64,000 nt of DNA from the human T2T-CHM13v2.0 reference genome, Homo sapiens, in assembly GCF_009914755.1 (NCBI RefSeq), contig NC_060929.1, one strand, 5' to 3'. Both the position numbers and the translations under genes were made by a program. Shown piece after piece: positions 48,047-62,851 of the stretch. Within the stretch, counting starts at the first letter, position 1. Each line of letters begins with the position of its first letter. Below the pieces are notes generated by a model. That model was given only the letters and a program-made list of their open reading frames with translations. It had not been told where the DNA came from and did not search any database.

Positions 48047-48226
48047 TAAAAGCACTTTTACTCTTTTTTTTTAAAAAAAAGCGAGAGTGAATGATTGCTT
48101 AACATTTGAATTTCTTTAAGGAAGGATCTAGTACTTTCTATTATAAAAGTACTAGAAAACGAGAAAATATATGACAAAATTCATAGTCATTAATAATTTC
48201 CTTCAAGTATTTTTTCTGTGAAAAAA

Positions 48227-48519
<293 letters not shown>

Positions 48520-48649
48520 CTTTTGTGAATTTTTATATAAATTCATAGATTATACTGTGTGTACAATGTTTTTTTTTTTTTCCGAAGAATAAAACGCCAT
48601 TTATTTAGAAAAGATTATTATTACTATTATTTTCTCTGCAACTTAAACA

Positions 48650-49850
48650 ACTTCAATAGCTTTTGGGGAGCAGGTGGTGTTTGGTTGCATAGAAAAGTTC
48701 TTTAGTGGTGATTTCTGAGATTTTGGTGCACCTGTCACCTGAGCAGTATACACTGTACACAATGTTTAGTCTTTTATCCCTCACCCCCCCTCCCACTCTT
48801 AACCCCTGAGTCCCCAAAGCCCATTATATCATAGCTTAGCTTCCACTTTTAACAATGTTTAGTTTTTAATTCCTGAGTTACTTCACTTAGAATAATGGTC
48901 TCTAACTCCATCCAAGTTTCTGTGAATGCCATTATTTTGTTCCTTTTTGTGGCTGAGTGGTATTCCATGGTGTGTGTATATATGTATATGTATGTTTATC
49001 TACTCGTTGGTTGATGCGCATTTAGGCTGGTTTCATATTTTTGCAACTGTGAATTGTGCTGCTATAAACATGTGTATGCAATGTCTTTTCTATATAATGA
49101 CTTCTTTTCCTCTGGGTAGATACCAAGTAGTGAGACTGCTGAATCAAATGGTAGTTCTACTTTAGTTCTTTAAGGAATCTCCATGCTGCTTTCCATAGTG
49201 GTTGTACTAGTTTACATTCCCACTAGCAGTGTAAAAGTGTTCCCTTTTCACTACATCCATGCCAACATCAGTTATTTTTTGATTTTTAAATTATGGCCAT
49301 TCTTGCAGGAGTAAGGTGGTATCTCATTGTAGTTTTGATTTGCATTTCCATGATCATTAGTGATGTTGAGCATTTTTTCATATGTTCGTTGGCCATTTGT
49401 ATATCTTCTTTTGATAATTGTCTATTCATGTCCTTTGTCCACTTTTTGATGGGATTATTTATTTTTTTCTTGCTGATTTGTTTGAGTTCCTTGTAGATTC
49501 TGGATATTAGTCATTTGTCAGATGCATAGTTTGTGAAAATTTTCTCCCATCCTGGGTTGTCTGTTTACTCTGATTATTTCTTTTACTGTGCAAAAGCTTT
49601 TTAGTTTAACTAAGTGCCATCTATTTGTCTTGGTTTTTGTTACATTTGCTTTCTGGTTCTTGGTCATGAACTCTTTGCCCAAGCCAGTGTCTAGAAGAGT
49701 TTTTCTGATGTTATGTTCTAGAATTTTTATCGTTTCAGGTCTTAGATTTAAGTGTTTGATCCATTTTTGAGTTAATTTTTGTATAAGGTGAGGGGTGAGG
49801 ATCCAGCTTCATTCTTCTGCATGTGGCTTGCCAATTATCCCAGCACCATT
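48650..49850 (-). mobile_element. L1 (L1PB-like) 3' fragment
   Basis: TGGCCATTCTTGCAGGAGTAAGGTGGTATCTCATTGT...AGTGATGTTGAGCATTTTTTCATATG; typical antisense L1 ORF2 end and 3'UTR. Confidence 0.9.
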
Positions 49851-52800
49851 GCTTGATGTATGTACAATATTATATTCATAAGCAGGTTCCTCTGCTCAAA
49901 CCCTTGATAAATTGATTGTTAATTTATTTACATTTTCTTTGTTAAGATACTACCTTCTCCTTGTAGGAAATTCAAACTGTGGTGATAAATAAGAAAAAAA
50001 ATACAGATCATTTGAAGTTCTACCAGAGAGATGACTGTTATTAATATTTTGATCATATTTTTCTATATATGTGAGAGAGAGGGGACTTTGTATGTATATG
50101 TATTTATGGAATTTTCAGTGTATATTTTTACTTATGGGAATGACCCTTTGTCAGTTTTAAATTATTTCCTTTGACATGTTTTCAGCCAAATTGTGAGCTT
50201 TTTGATGGTAGGAATTACTTTCTAGTCCCTTTACAAATCTCCTTCTAAAGAGTATTTTGTACTCAGTGCATGACTGATGTCAAACCAATAAGTGTTTATT
50301 AATCAGTAAGCAGTAGCTTGATCTAACAAGATTTGGGAGTGAAGAAACTGTCCACCTTTTATAGTCTCACCTCTTCTCTTCACCTATCCTTTCCTTTTGT
50401 TATTGAATAATGAATACCATACTGACTCTAATTTTTTCCTTTCTGAAAGAAAGTGGGTCATATAATGAGAGCTTAAAGGGTTCTTGGTTGCTTATGTTAG
50501 ATCCTAGTGAAGGAGCCTCACTTTCTCTGAGGTGCTGTGGAGAATTAGAATTTGCTTTGTCATGAGGCTATGAAAGAGGAGAAACTCTCCTCCAGTAGCT
50601 TCCCCCACAACAAAAAACCTGGCTAATATAAACCCAAGGACAAAGAATTGATTGGCATCAGATCTGTGAGCTTGTTGGGGAAAACAAGCCTTCCAAATGT
50701 GTTTTTCTTTCTGTCCTCTGTTAACCCAGGTGATAGGTGAGCTCGTCTCTCCAGATAACCGCATCCCCCCAGAGCGGCTAGATGAAGCAGACAGGTAGGA
50801 GTCTGATATGGGGGTTTCGGCAGGGCTCAGGCAATGGGAGCATCTGTAAGTGTAGGAATGAGGCCTGTGGTTGGTTTCTGGAGGTGCATGCAGATCAGAC
50901 AAACCCCGGACCCAGGATAGTGTTTGTGAAATCTGTCAGTGAAGACATAACTCAGGCACAAGCAGTGTCAGGAGAGCACTTCAGGATTCATCCTTTCCTT
51001 GTGTGGCAGTGGCTCCTGGCTCAGCTGTTTCACAGGTGGTTCTGAGGAAGGAATGGGGTGACATATGCTGCAGCCACCATCTGACCTCTGAGAGGCAGCT
51101 GCGCATTAGCGGGGAAGTTATGAGAGGATTAGATGTAACAAGTGGCCAGTAGAGGGTGCTAAAACATTTACTCATGGAGTAAGCCATGTGGATAGGAAGC
51201 TAGTTTTATTTAGTCAACTCATACTCTAAAGAGCTAGGGATAATTTGAATAGAGTATATAGATTTATTATTGATTACAGAGCTAGATGTCAGTGATAGTA
51301 CTCAAGATTTATTTTATAAACACATACTGACTTTCAGGGCCTTCCCCTCTCCCCATAATATTTTATTTTTTATAAGTAGTTTATAGTTAGCATACTTTAG
51401 TAAAAGGTCAGACTGTATGACAGTCTTGAAGACTAGTTGAAGAAGTTTTATTAATCTGTTCCACTAAGCCTTTCTTGTTTTCTGAAGCCACGATCTGAAG
51501 ATTAATGTGAACATTAAATTTACAGAAAGTCCTTGATCAGTACCTCAGCCCAGAGCTCACCCTCAAAAGGCTGGCTGAAAAAGGCCTTCAGTTTCTTTTG
51601 GGAAAAAAAAAAAAAAAAAAAGGGAAGAAAGAAAAAAGTGAATTAGAATATTATATGGAAGAAGGTGATTTTTCTAAAGATCTTTCCTATCTCTGGGGCA
51701 CTGAAAACGGAAAGCATGAGCATTTAACAAAAATGACTGAAAGAGTACATGAAGGTACAAATGCCCTTTGGAAAACAATATCCTTGGCATTATACCTTTA
51801 CTGGTTTATGTCCTGAGCCTTTGCCTGGGTCCCCTGATGATGTATCTGACTCTTGAATGACCCTCAGAGCAGAAATTGTTCTGAAGTTTTCCTTGAGTGG
51901 ATTCAAAGGGGATTAAGTCAAATGTCAGAAATTCTCTAAGCTAAGATTTATAGACTGAGATCCCTGGAAGGCTGGACTGAAGGCCTGGTGTGGATAAGAA
52001 TGTTGAGAGGCAGACACAGGTAAGTAACTAGTTTCAGGGAGCAACTTTACGGAGTTAGTAAATTTTTATTGTCCTAGGTATACGTCACTTGGTGGTCTTG
52101 AAAAAACAATGAACTTGTACTTACGTAGATTGTATGTGGAATGAGATAGTTCTGTAGCTAGCTAGTTGTTATGCTGCCTGATATCTTAAACCGTCATCTC
52201 ACCCCCCTATTGGGTTGAGTGATGGGTTAAAGGTGAGAATTTCACTTAATGCAGGTAACTTGAGGATGGGGCCAAGCTGACAGCCCCGCTTTGTGGTGCT
52301 GTGCACACAAAGAAAAGCTCTCTACTTTCCTGTCCAGCTCGTTGACCTTTGGGGCTACCATTAAAAAGTAAGGCAGCCCTGCTGTCTGGTAATGTTCAGG
52401 CTGTGCTCATAATCTTTTCTGCTAAGCCTTTTGAGACACAGGATTTTTTAGCATCCCTAGTGATCTGAAACCCTTTTAGAGAAACTTTTCATAGACATAG
52501 AATAGTTAATCAGGAAGGGACTGAATCAGGTTGAAAATCTGATAAGTACGTTGGGGAGGGGAGTATGGTGTGGGGTGAGAAGGAATCATGGTGATTTTGC
52601 ACTGACTGTGTCTTGGGCAAATTTCACCTAAGTTCCAATGAGAATGAAGAGAACTATGGAGCACATGCTAAGTCCTATACCTTCCCAGCTCTCCCGTTTC
52701 CCACCTCAGGTCTAGTCCTTACTAATTTAGGGGAACCATAGCTATTCTAAGGCCTGGGTTTTTGTTTAGCAATGATGACAGTAGCTTGGGCGACTTGGGT

Positions 52801-55157
52801 TCCCAGCATCATTAGATGAAACAAGCCATCTAAACTGAACAGAGTTGGATCATAGTCTCCCACTCCCCAATTACCTGTGGTATAAAGTTTGCATTCCTTG
52901 GAGGTATTTCTTGGCTTTCATTATCTGGTCCTGATTTAGCTTTTGGGTCTGGTGTTAAACTAATATCTTATTCTCTGGGCCTGATTTCAGCCATGTTGAC
53001 TGCTATTATCTCCTCAAATGGGCCAAGATACTTTTTTGCCTTTGCACATATTGCTCCTTCTCTTTGGAATACTATCCTTGCCCTTCCCTGCTTTTTGAAA
53101 TCCTACTCAACTCAATTACTACATCCTCCATAGTTTCTATTGCCTCCTGCTCAGCAGTAGTGTTCTTTTTTCTTTTTTCTGCACTCAAAGAACTTTGCTT
53201 GTTCTTCCTATTACAGCAGTGCTTAGTCCCATCATTCCTCAGTTATCTTGTCTCCCAGTGAGTGCAGCAGGAGTCTTTGATTTATGCCAGCGCTTGGCAT
53301 AGTGGTTTGTACACAATGGTGGCTTAGCAAATGTTGCTGAACTAATAATTCTGGATACCTTCCTTAGGTCTTGGTTGGTACAGTTCCTTTCATTTTTTTC
53401 AGTGCTGTCCCCAAATTCTTATAGAACACTCTGTTGGTTCACTTTTGGATAGGAACATTGCAGAGGCTAATTTAAGCTTGGGAACTTAACTTTCTTAAAT
53501 TATTCAAAACTGGAACACATGCCCAGTCTGCAGTTTGAGGTGGCTGGCTAGCTAGACCTCTCAGGAGATAGAATTAGGAAGTAGTGGAAGGGCTGTTTGG
53601 GAATTAGAAAGTGTCCTGTCAGAGAGGAAGGAACATATTCATTGCTTGATTGTAAATTAAAATACCTTATGCCATATGTACTTGTGTCTCTTTTTAGGCA
53701 CAATCCAGATTAGGGTGGCCATACTTTTTGTTTTTATCTATACTTGTTAGGATCTGTAAAATACACCCCTCAAAGGATGTGGACTTCTGTGGTAATTTTC
53801 CATGTCTCTGGAGAATTGGGTGGGAGGTGTTTTCCTCCAATATGCAAGTTCCTTACATATATGAACCTGAGATGTTGCTTTGTTCTCCATCTGTCTTGTT
53901 AAATTTATCTTTCATATGGAGTGGAAATATAGCGCAAAAGAATGACTTTCCATAGTAATTGTTGAAACCTGTGCTTTCGGGCAAGAGAGTGATTGATACA
54001 AGAATAACTATACTCTCTAGTTGTGTAATTCCACAAAGAAATATTGTTTTTGATGACTAAAGTTTTTCCCAAAAGTAAGGATTTATTATTCATTTTCTTA
54101 TTCTGTATGCATTATGATCATAAAGGACAAAACTATATGCTATAGATCAGTTATTCCCAATTCTTTTATATTACTTTTTTTGTTATCTGATTCATGTTCG
54201 GTAATTCCTTCCCTTCAATGTATTTTATGATTATATAGACTTTTGTAATATTGTTATATAAAGTTTCATTTGTTTTGAGGATATTGAAGACATTTTGAAG
54301 AACAGAGAGAAACTTAAGTGTTGCAACATCAAGGGTTGGTAACCACAGGCTGTCTACACACCTCTTCGTAGCTTTCAATGCAGATAGAGCAACTTGTCCT
54401 CAAGTGGAAGATGCCAAAACTGTGAAGTTTTCCATTGCTATTTATCAGTCTTGTTCTTAGGGTGTATTTGAGCACACTTTGTGAGTGACTGGGCCAGATT
54501 TAACAAATGTTCTGTTAGGAAAATTTATGGCATCGTTATACTTTGGTTTGGTTTGTTATTTCTCCAAAAGCATGTTGCAATATTGGTATGCATTATGCTT
54601 CCTTCCTGGCTTTCCCTGGGTTGTAAAGGATTGGGAGACTGAGGCTGTCTTTGGCAAAGCAGCACAAATAGCGTTACTGCTAATGTACTAGTACTTCCCT
54701 ACCATATGCATTGCTGTATCTCCTTCCTTCCATTTTCCTTATAGTTTCTTGTGCTTCAGTATTAGTTAGGGTGGTCTAGCCCTAAATCTATGAGTTTTGC
54801 TATAACAGATTAATCCAACAATGCATAATGGCTCTGATGTTACAGAAATTAACATCTTGCTTAGTAATAGATAGGTTCACATATTGATGGGCAGCTCTTT
54901 TTCATATGGTCATTTGGGATTCGGGTTAGGACAGTGTTGCCATCATCATTATGAGGCTATGAAGGTTGCTCTGGGACTGTCTCTATTTAAGCCAGCTATA
55001 GGGAAAGTGGGATGGAGGAGTGTGCATGGAAGGCCAGGAAGTGGTACACATCATTCTTGCTTTGCATTCTTTTGCTAAGACTTAGTCATGTGGCCAAACT
55101 TAACTGTGAAGGAAGCTGGGAATTGTCTAGCTCTGTGCCCAGGAATAAGAGAACATT

Positions 55158-55565
55158 GTATTAGTGTGCTAGGGCTGCCATAACAAAATACCACAGACCT
55201 AGTGGCTTAACCAACAGAAATTTATTTTCCCAGAGTTCTGGAGGATAGATGTATAAGGTCAATGTGTCTGTGGGGTTAGTTTCCTCTGAGCCTCTCTCCT
55301 TGGCTTGTGGTTGGCTGCCCTCTTGCTGTGTCCTCACATGGTCTTTCCTCTGTGTGTGTGCATTCCTTGTTTCTCTTTTTATGCTTCAATTTCCTCTCCT
55401 TTTAAGGACACCAGTCAGATTGTCCTAGGGCCCACCCTAATAGACTCATTTTAACGTAATCACCTCTTTAAAGGCCCTGTCTCTAAATACAGCCATATTC
55501 TGAGGTATTGGGGGTTAGGGCGTCAACATAGGAATTTTGCAGTGGCCACAATTCAGCCCATAACA
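55158..55565 (-). mobile_element. MaLR LTR (MLT1B/C-like), nested in an older MLT
   Basis: TGTATTAGT..GCTAGGGCTGCCATAACAAAATACCACAGAC...CACAATTCAGCCCATAACA. Confidence 0.8.
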
Positions 55566-57561
55566 AATGTAGATTTTTGTGCACAGCTAACAGCCTCTTT
55601 CCTCTTCTCTACTTTGTAATTTTATGTGTTAATGTTTAATCTGTTCATTGGAAAACAGAGGAAGGGTCATAGATTTAGAGCCAGATAGAGTAGATTAAAA
55701 TTCTGGTTCCACTACTTAACAGCTGATTTGTCTCTCTGAATATCAGATTCCTTATCTCTGAAATGTGGATAAAAATTTCTACCTTGCAAAGTTGTTTTGA
55801 GGAATGAAGAAAAAGCCCAGTGTAGGGCTGGGCATAGAGAACATTATTGTAATTCTTTCTTCCATTGGCGATGCCTCGTCTTCTGGATGGTACCCAGGAC
55901 ACAAATCTTACTGACTTTTGCAATAAAAGTCCAGACATTCTCAAGGATTATGTGGACCATTGAAGATGGTGCCTCATGAATCCACCCATGAAGTTACATA
56001 ACCAGTATTTATTGGATGGCAATGTGGCATGGGTTTCCCTGGGGAGAAACATGACTTAATTGTTTTTGATATGAATTTGCTGAAGATATCCATTTTATTA
56101 AGGCTGTTTTCCCAGTTAACCTCATTCTGACCTAAGTTGAAAGACGTGAGAAAGAAAATAAGCAGTACTGTTTCTATTTTTTAAAACACTTTTAAATTCT
56201 TTTGTAGTAACAAAATAATAACATCAGAATGCGTAATACAATTTTATTGCTTCAATTTTTAAAGGATTTTGGTAGCTAATGTACATCTATACATATGTTG
56301 GAGAGAATTCAAAGAATGCTATAGTTTCTATGAGAATGTATATTTCCTTATTTGTGCTACCATTTAAGTTTGGAGAATTCCTGTAACCTGTGAAACCATG
56401 GTAAAATCTTGACTAATTTTGCTTTTTATTTATACAGAATTTTGCAGCTATGAGAGGTAAATTATTAAGTTAATCCTTTCAAAATTTTTATAAACATGTT
56501 CTTTAATTATGAGGTAAAAGCTTGTGTTTAGGTTTCTTCTTTAAATAGATCTTTAGGAATTTTTCTAATTTTCTAAAATATGCTGTTGACTAATCATATT
56601 TCAGAAGTATTACATTTAGAAATATCTCAAGGGGTCCAGTTTGTAAAAGCCAACTATTTGCCAGCCTGACTTTCTGTCTGGTTCCTTATACAAATAATTA
56701 TGCAGACAAAGTTTTCCTGTGGTTCCAGGGATAAAGCTCACATATAAAGTACTCTGCTTGACTGTTTAAGCTTGGGCCAGAATCTCTTTAGGCTCATGAA
56801 CACAGCTTTCATATCTGTGATAAACAGAGTAGAGGGGTTGCTGTATGTACTATGGAGCCAGCTAAATCAGAGACTCATTAGATAATGGATCAGTGGATTA
56901 GATGTTCAGCACTTTCTTGCCATATTCTATATTTTACATAATCTATCATTTCTTATTCTCACATGCATACATATATGTATAAAAACCCTTTTGTTATCAT
57001 TGGTAACATTTTAAAAGCTTAAGACTCAGTACTTTAACCCCATCAGTGATTTTGAAATGCTAAAAGAGATTTTGGTATGGATCCATTAGGATGCCTTTAG
57101 CTGCCAGAAACAGAAATTCTAATACAACCTGCCTTAAGGTAGGTGATTTCTTGGGTTCTGTTAACAGAACGTAGTCCAGTTATAGCTGTGGATAGGTGTG
57201 GGCTGGGACACTCTGACTGTGCTCCTTCATGCTTTCCTCTCTGAGTTGGCTTCATCCTCAGTGCTGTGCAGAAGGCAGCAACAATTTCAGGCTCCAGTGT
57301 GTACAACACAATATCTAGAGGAGGTAGTCCAGTGCTGATGGCACCCTCTTGAAGAGCAAAAAGAAGGAAACTTCTTTTTCAGAAATCCTTAGCACATTTT
57401 CCCTCATTTATATTAACCTTGATTGATTTATGACCATTTCTGAACCAATCCTTGTAGGTAGGGCAATGAGATGCACCTCGGCTTACACCTGGATTTCTGA
57501 ACCAGTCACTAATAAGGTGATAAGATTACCCTTAGGCCTTCCAGGCCTGCCTCTGGAGTGG

Positions 57562-57933
57562 TGATATGATTTGGTTGTGCCCCCACCCAAATCTCATCTT
57601 GAATTGTTGTTCCCATAATCCCCACGTATCACGGGAAGGACCAGGTGGAGAGAATTGAACCAAGGGGGCAGTTTCCCCCATCCTGTTCTCGTGATAGCGA
57701 GCTAGTTCTCATGAGATCTGATGGTTTTATAAGGAGCTTCCCCCTTCACTGGGCACTCATTTCTTTCTGCTTCTGCCATGTGAAGAACATGTTTGCTTCC
57801 CTTTCTGCCATGATTGTAAGTTTCCTCAAGTCTCCCCAGCCTTGCAGAACTGTGAGTCAATTAAACCCCTTTCATTTATAAATCACCCAGTCTCGGCCAG
57901 CAATTTATAGCAGCGTGAGATCAGACTAATACA
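57562..57933 (+). mobile_element. MaLR solo LTR (THE1D/MSTA-like)
   Basis: TGATATG.TTTGG...CCCACCCAAATCTCATCTTGAATTGT...ACTAATACA; 5-bp TSD AGTGG. Confidence 0.88.
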
Positions 57934-60900
57934 AGTGGTTTCTGAAGTCATGTCTCCTGAAGCTTGTGGACTGGGTGGAAAAATGAAAATCAGCATAGTG
58001 ATAAAAGGAGGAAATGGATACTGAGTAGATACTAACAATACTCAGTGCAACATTATGTTGTTATAATGAAGGTTCTTACTGTGTAAATGATAAAGTTCAG
58101 CCTATCTTTCTTTACCTGCTCTATTTTACATTTAGTCAATATAGAGACTACATTACATTAAAAACTGTCCTTGTCTGCCTAGTACTTGTTCATGAGAAAT
58201 CTATTTTGGTTTGGATTAATAGATTCTATAATTCATATTATTTATTTGCTACTGTGGAGCTAAATATCTCATGTTTTTGTTAAAGCAGAAAGTTTTGTTT
58301 TTTTTTTTTTTTAGACCCTCTAATTTGATGCCTTACAGGTCAGGAAGTTAGGAATTTCCCCATCTGATTACATGCTGTTGAGTAATTCCAGTAAATGATG
58401 CTGAATGCTCCTTGGAATCATTATAAAATTTTGTGGTAAACCCATTTCATCTTCATGTCTTGTTATTTTAAATATTTTTAGTGGTTTCTTCTTAATTAAT
58501 TAATTAATTTTTTCTTTTTGGTATGATTAGAGTGTGAGGGCTTGGTTCTTTTCCCATTAAGATAGAATCTGGGAATTTATTGATTTCAGATGATCATGTT
58601 AGGCCTGATTCATTCAAAAAGATACAATATATTACAGAATTTTCTGGTAAATCTTTAGTCTTTGGTATTTAATTTAAGCTGTGTGACTCTTTTTGAATTT
58701 AGTGCTGTAAAGAAGCCAATGATATATTCTTTTGCTACATAGCAATGAGTTGTTAAAGCCATTTTTAGAAATTAGTAATTTTTTCTCCAGTCACAGATGA
58801 GAAAAAACAAAAAAGCAGAACTTAGTTTTTCTAGCAGCTCCTTATTTTAATACTTTCAAAATTGCATCTTAGTATTCATTTATTGAGAAAATACATGGTT
58901 GAGAAAAGATACTGTGAATTCAGTAACATTTAAAAATGAATTTACGTGAATCACAGCCATATGTGCATATATCAATAAATAGAACACATGCATGAGGCAG
59001 TTTTTCAGTCTACAGTCAATTCATGGTGCACATGGAGATTCAAGGATGCCTTACACTAACCTGTGGTACACTTATTCACTCCAAATAACTGCCAACCAAT
59101 TGGGAAACTATAATTCAAATTTTTACATGAGTGCTTTAAATATCCAACTCTTCTAGTAATAAAATTGTTGACCAACCTTTGAATGCAGCCACTTTTAGTT
59201 GTAAAATATTAGACTCTAGAGCCTAAGTAAAATTTTTCTTCCTCCATCCACCCTGCATATGGGAGGCACTAAATAAGTATTAATTATGTCAATGAATGAA
59301 TGAATATTTGAATGATGACTGTGAGAGCTTGATGTCCTACAGTTTTCTTGGCAAAAGTGTGGAAATAAGTCCCTCTGAGAGGGAACTGAGTAACCCTTCC
59401 AGGGGAACTTAATGTCCATGAACCAGAAGGGAGCAAGAAATATTTCATAAAGTTGGATATCATGCCAAATCCTTCACCCACAGTTGGTATTGTGTCAGAA
59501 AATATTTCTTAAAATTTTCTCTCCTTGTTAATTTTATTCTGTCACAGTGACTGATTTTTTTTTTAAGCGGGCTGGTTTAGGAAATATAATGATCTTTTTG
59601 TGTATCTCATCTTTTGCAGATAAATGATAAAATTAATAGAAAAGTTAAAGCCCAATTGGGCTTTAAAAATGCCTCTCATCTGCCTTCTTTTATTAATTTT
59701 CCTGTTTCTTTTGCAATTATGTCTAAAAATACCTGATGTGCTCATTATTATTTTCTTTTTTATCAGCCTTTGTCAGAAAGATGTGCTTATTTTCTCTTTT
59801 ATATCTAGGTCTTTCACCAAGCTGTCTCTGGGGTGTAGAGGGCATCTCTTTATATTTGAAGAATTTGTAAACATTGGATATATTCATTTCCATGTTATAC
59901 ATGTACAAAATCCGGACACATCTTCCTGTTTGTATTCCATGTTTAGTTATGCCCATGTCTCCCTTTATTGTGTTTTGGTACACTCCTTGAAAGACTGCCC
60001 TAACCGCATAGCTTCATTTGTTGTAGAAGGGAGGGCAGGTGACTTTGAGCCAGGCTTTTCAATTGGTAAGTAAGTAGGTTGGGGTTTTTCTAAATTCTTC
60101 TAGTTCTCCTAGTACCAACTTTTAAACTGCCACTTCTTGACTTAAAGGAGAAACTGGTTGTGATTATCCAGGAGTACTTTATTTTATCTTTAAAATAAAA
60201 ATGATATGTGGTTTTTTTGGAGATGCTGTAAAGTACAAAGTAGAAAATAAAGATCACCTGTGATCTCTCCACATCATACTAAGAGTGAACTTTTTTTTTA
60301 TTTGTTTTTACTGTTTTTATTGAATTTTCCATTTGTATTTGTTTTTCACTTATCTATAGGATTATAGTGTTTTGTTTTTATTGAAATTTCTGTGAGCTTT
60401 TCATCAATTTTTGTCTGAGAATTGTAATATATACATTTTTCATATATATCATATATACACATATATAATATATACATTTTCATATACATCATATATATCT
60501 ATATTTTCATATCTATTGATGTTTTCTTTTGTAATTTTCTTCATTGCTTTAAATTTAGGAAGTGCTTTTTTATCCACAGACTGGAGAGATATTCCCCAAG
60601 GCTTCCTTTTTTGTCTTTTCTTTCATTTTATGGATTGATTCTCTTCTTTTACAATTAATTCTTATCTTTCTAGAGTTTAACTTATGGTATTAGGTTTGGG
60701 TAGATATTTTTTACCCAGATACCTAACTAATCATCATATTACTTTTGTTCTTCATTGTGTAATGCTGCATTTATTATGCATTATACTTTATTATATTAGG
60801 CTACCAGGGTAAGGTAGTATTCTGAAATTGTCTTCTCAGTCTTTCTCTCTCTGGACTTATTCTTTTGGGGTTTTGCTTATCTGGAGCTTTTATTTACTAT

Positions 60901-62566
60901 TCTGCTTCTTTTTTGGCTTTATTTTTTTCCCTTCTGTTTTCAATTTTTATTTCTGCACTTTCCAGAATTTTCAAAAAATTAATCCACATGTGAGTGCTTG
61001 AAGGCAGCTGCACTGTTACATTCATGACTGTATTCCCTGTAGCCCTTATTAAAAACGTTTAATTTTAAAATTAAAACATTTTGGAGATAAGGAAAAGCAC
61101 AGAGAAGAAAATAGTCTCACCACTCAAATATACCCTGATTTTGTTAAATTTTATATGATATAGAATTTACTACAAACTGTATCATATATGTATTGTATTA
61201 TGTAATATTAATCTATGTATATATAAATGAGAAACATTCATGTATATAAATATATATCTAAACTGACATACTATTTTGTTATGTGCTTTTTACTTATAAT
61301 AATTCCATGTCTTTAAATTTTCTTGTGTGACTTAAGTAAAATTTTAAACTTGTTATAGTGATACCCTTCAGTCTGTACACCAAATAAGTTAACCTATGTG
61401 AAAGAATATGCTATTGTTTTAAAAGTGATTGAATTTCTGAGCAATAATAGGGACAAAACACCCAACTTATCTCTGTTAAGATGCAAACATGTCCATGTGT
61501 TTTTCAAAGTTGTGTTAGCCACTGTACAGTTGTTCTGTGGAGGTTGAATGAGTGAAATCAGAGGAGATAAATGGGTTGTATATTTTGATGTTTCTAGGGA
61601 GCCTAAAAATGGTTTTGGACACTTGATGTCTTGCAAAGTGGTAGCATACAGTCCAGGGACTGATCCTTAGCTACGGATGTCTCAGGAGAAAGAAGGAGTC
61701 TCACATATCTAGGGCAGGAGAAATTAGTTAGATGCCAAATCAAATATGTGCAATCATTGGCCAAAGTTGGGTACAAATAAGGTGGGAGGAAAAGCTGTGC
61801 TAAACAACAGCTGATAAATAGAGAAGAGGCTCTGGCCCTAGAGGGTGGGGATGGTGATGACAGTAAATACCTGGAAAGTACAGGTAGCCCTTTAAATGCG
61901 CCCCTCTATGTTGAGGCGGCCATATGATCCATAGCTTTAAGTCACTGGAGAGCCGAGCAGCATGACCTTTATTTTGGGAATAGTCCTCAGATGGATGTGG
62001 TTTGCTTCCTCAAATTCTCATGGTTGAGTAAAGTTTAGTTAAGTATTCAAGGTGCCTTTGTTAGATTACAGTACGGAGGGTAGAGGAAAGGAATACTTTT
62101 GGAGAATTTTGAGAAGTGGTGAAACTACCAGCACTTCAGGGTATTGTCTCTGGGCAAAATGTCTCTTGATTCTTGCTCTTTCTTGGAAACTCAAAAGAAA
62201 GAACAAGAGATCTTATAACAAATCATGTGGCAGCGAGCCCAGTGTGGCTGAAATAGAAGAAGGTCCAATGGTGCAGTTTTGAGAGGGCATGTTAGAAAAA
62301 GCACTTCACCCAGGGTGAGAGGCATTTAGTCCCAGGAGCCTTAGGATTTGGACTTTATCTCAAAACTATACAGTTTGTAGCAAAAAGAAGGAAGTACTAC
62401 ATAAACACTTCACTTGTATCTTCACAACCTTTTATTTCCACATGTACTACAAATGTTATTTTTCCTTTTTGAATCAAATTCTGTAAACACAGAATTGAAA
62501 GCTTTCAGAAGAACTAAAGATAATCAGGCTACTAATGCTCTGCTTTCTTTTTATAAAAAATATGTA

Positions 62567-62851
62567 TATTTTAAAGAGATGGAGTTTCACTCTGTTGTCC
62601 CGGCTGGAGTGCAGTGGTGCAAAAATAGCTCACTGCATCCTCGAGTTCCTGGGCTCAAGTGATCCTCCTTTCTCAGACTCCTGGGTGGTTAGGACTATAG
62701 GCATGTGCCACCACGTCCAGCTAAGTTTTTTTATTTTTGTAGAGATGGGGTCTTGCTATGTGCTGGTTTGGAACTCCTGGGCTCAAGTGATCCTCCCCAC
62801 CTCAGCCTCCCAAATTGTTGGGCTTACAGGCTTGAGCCACTGCACCCAGCC
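62567..62851 (-). repeat. AluJ-type element
   Basis: Diverged reverse Alu. Confidence 0.9.

Noticed and set aside
59624-60073. 149-aa hydrophobic ORF resembling a signal/TM protein
   Set aside because: T-rich intronic composition explains the F/L/I bias; no homology recognised.
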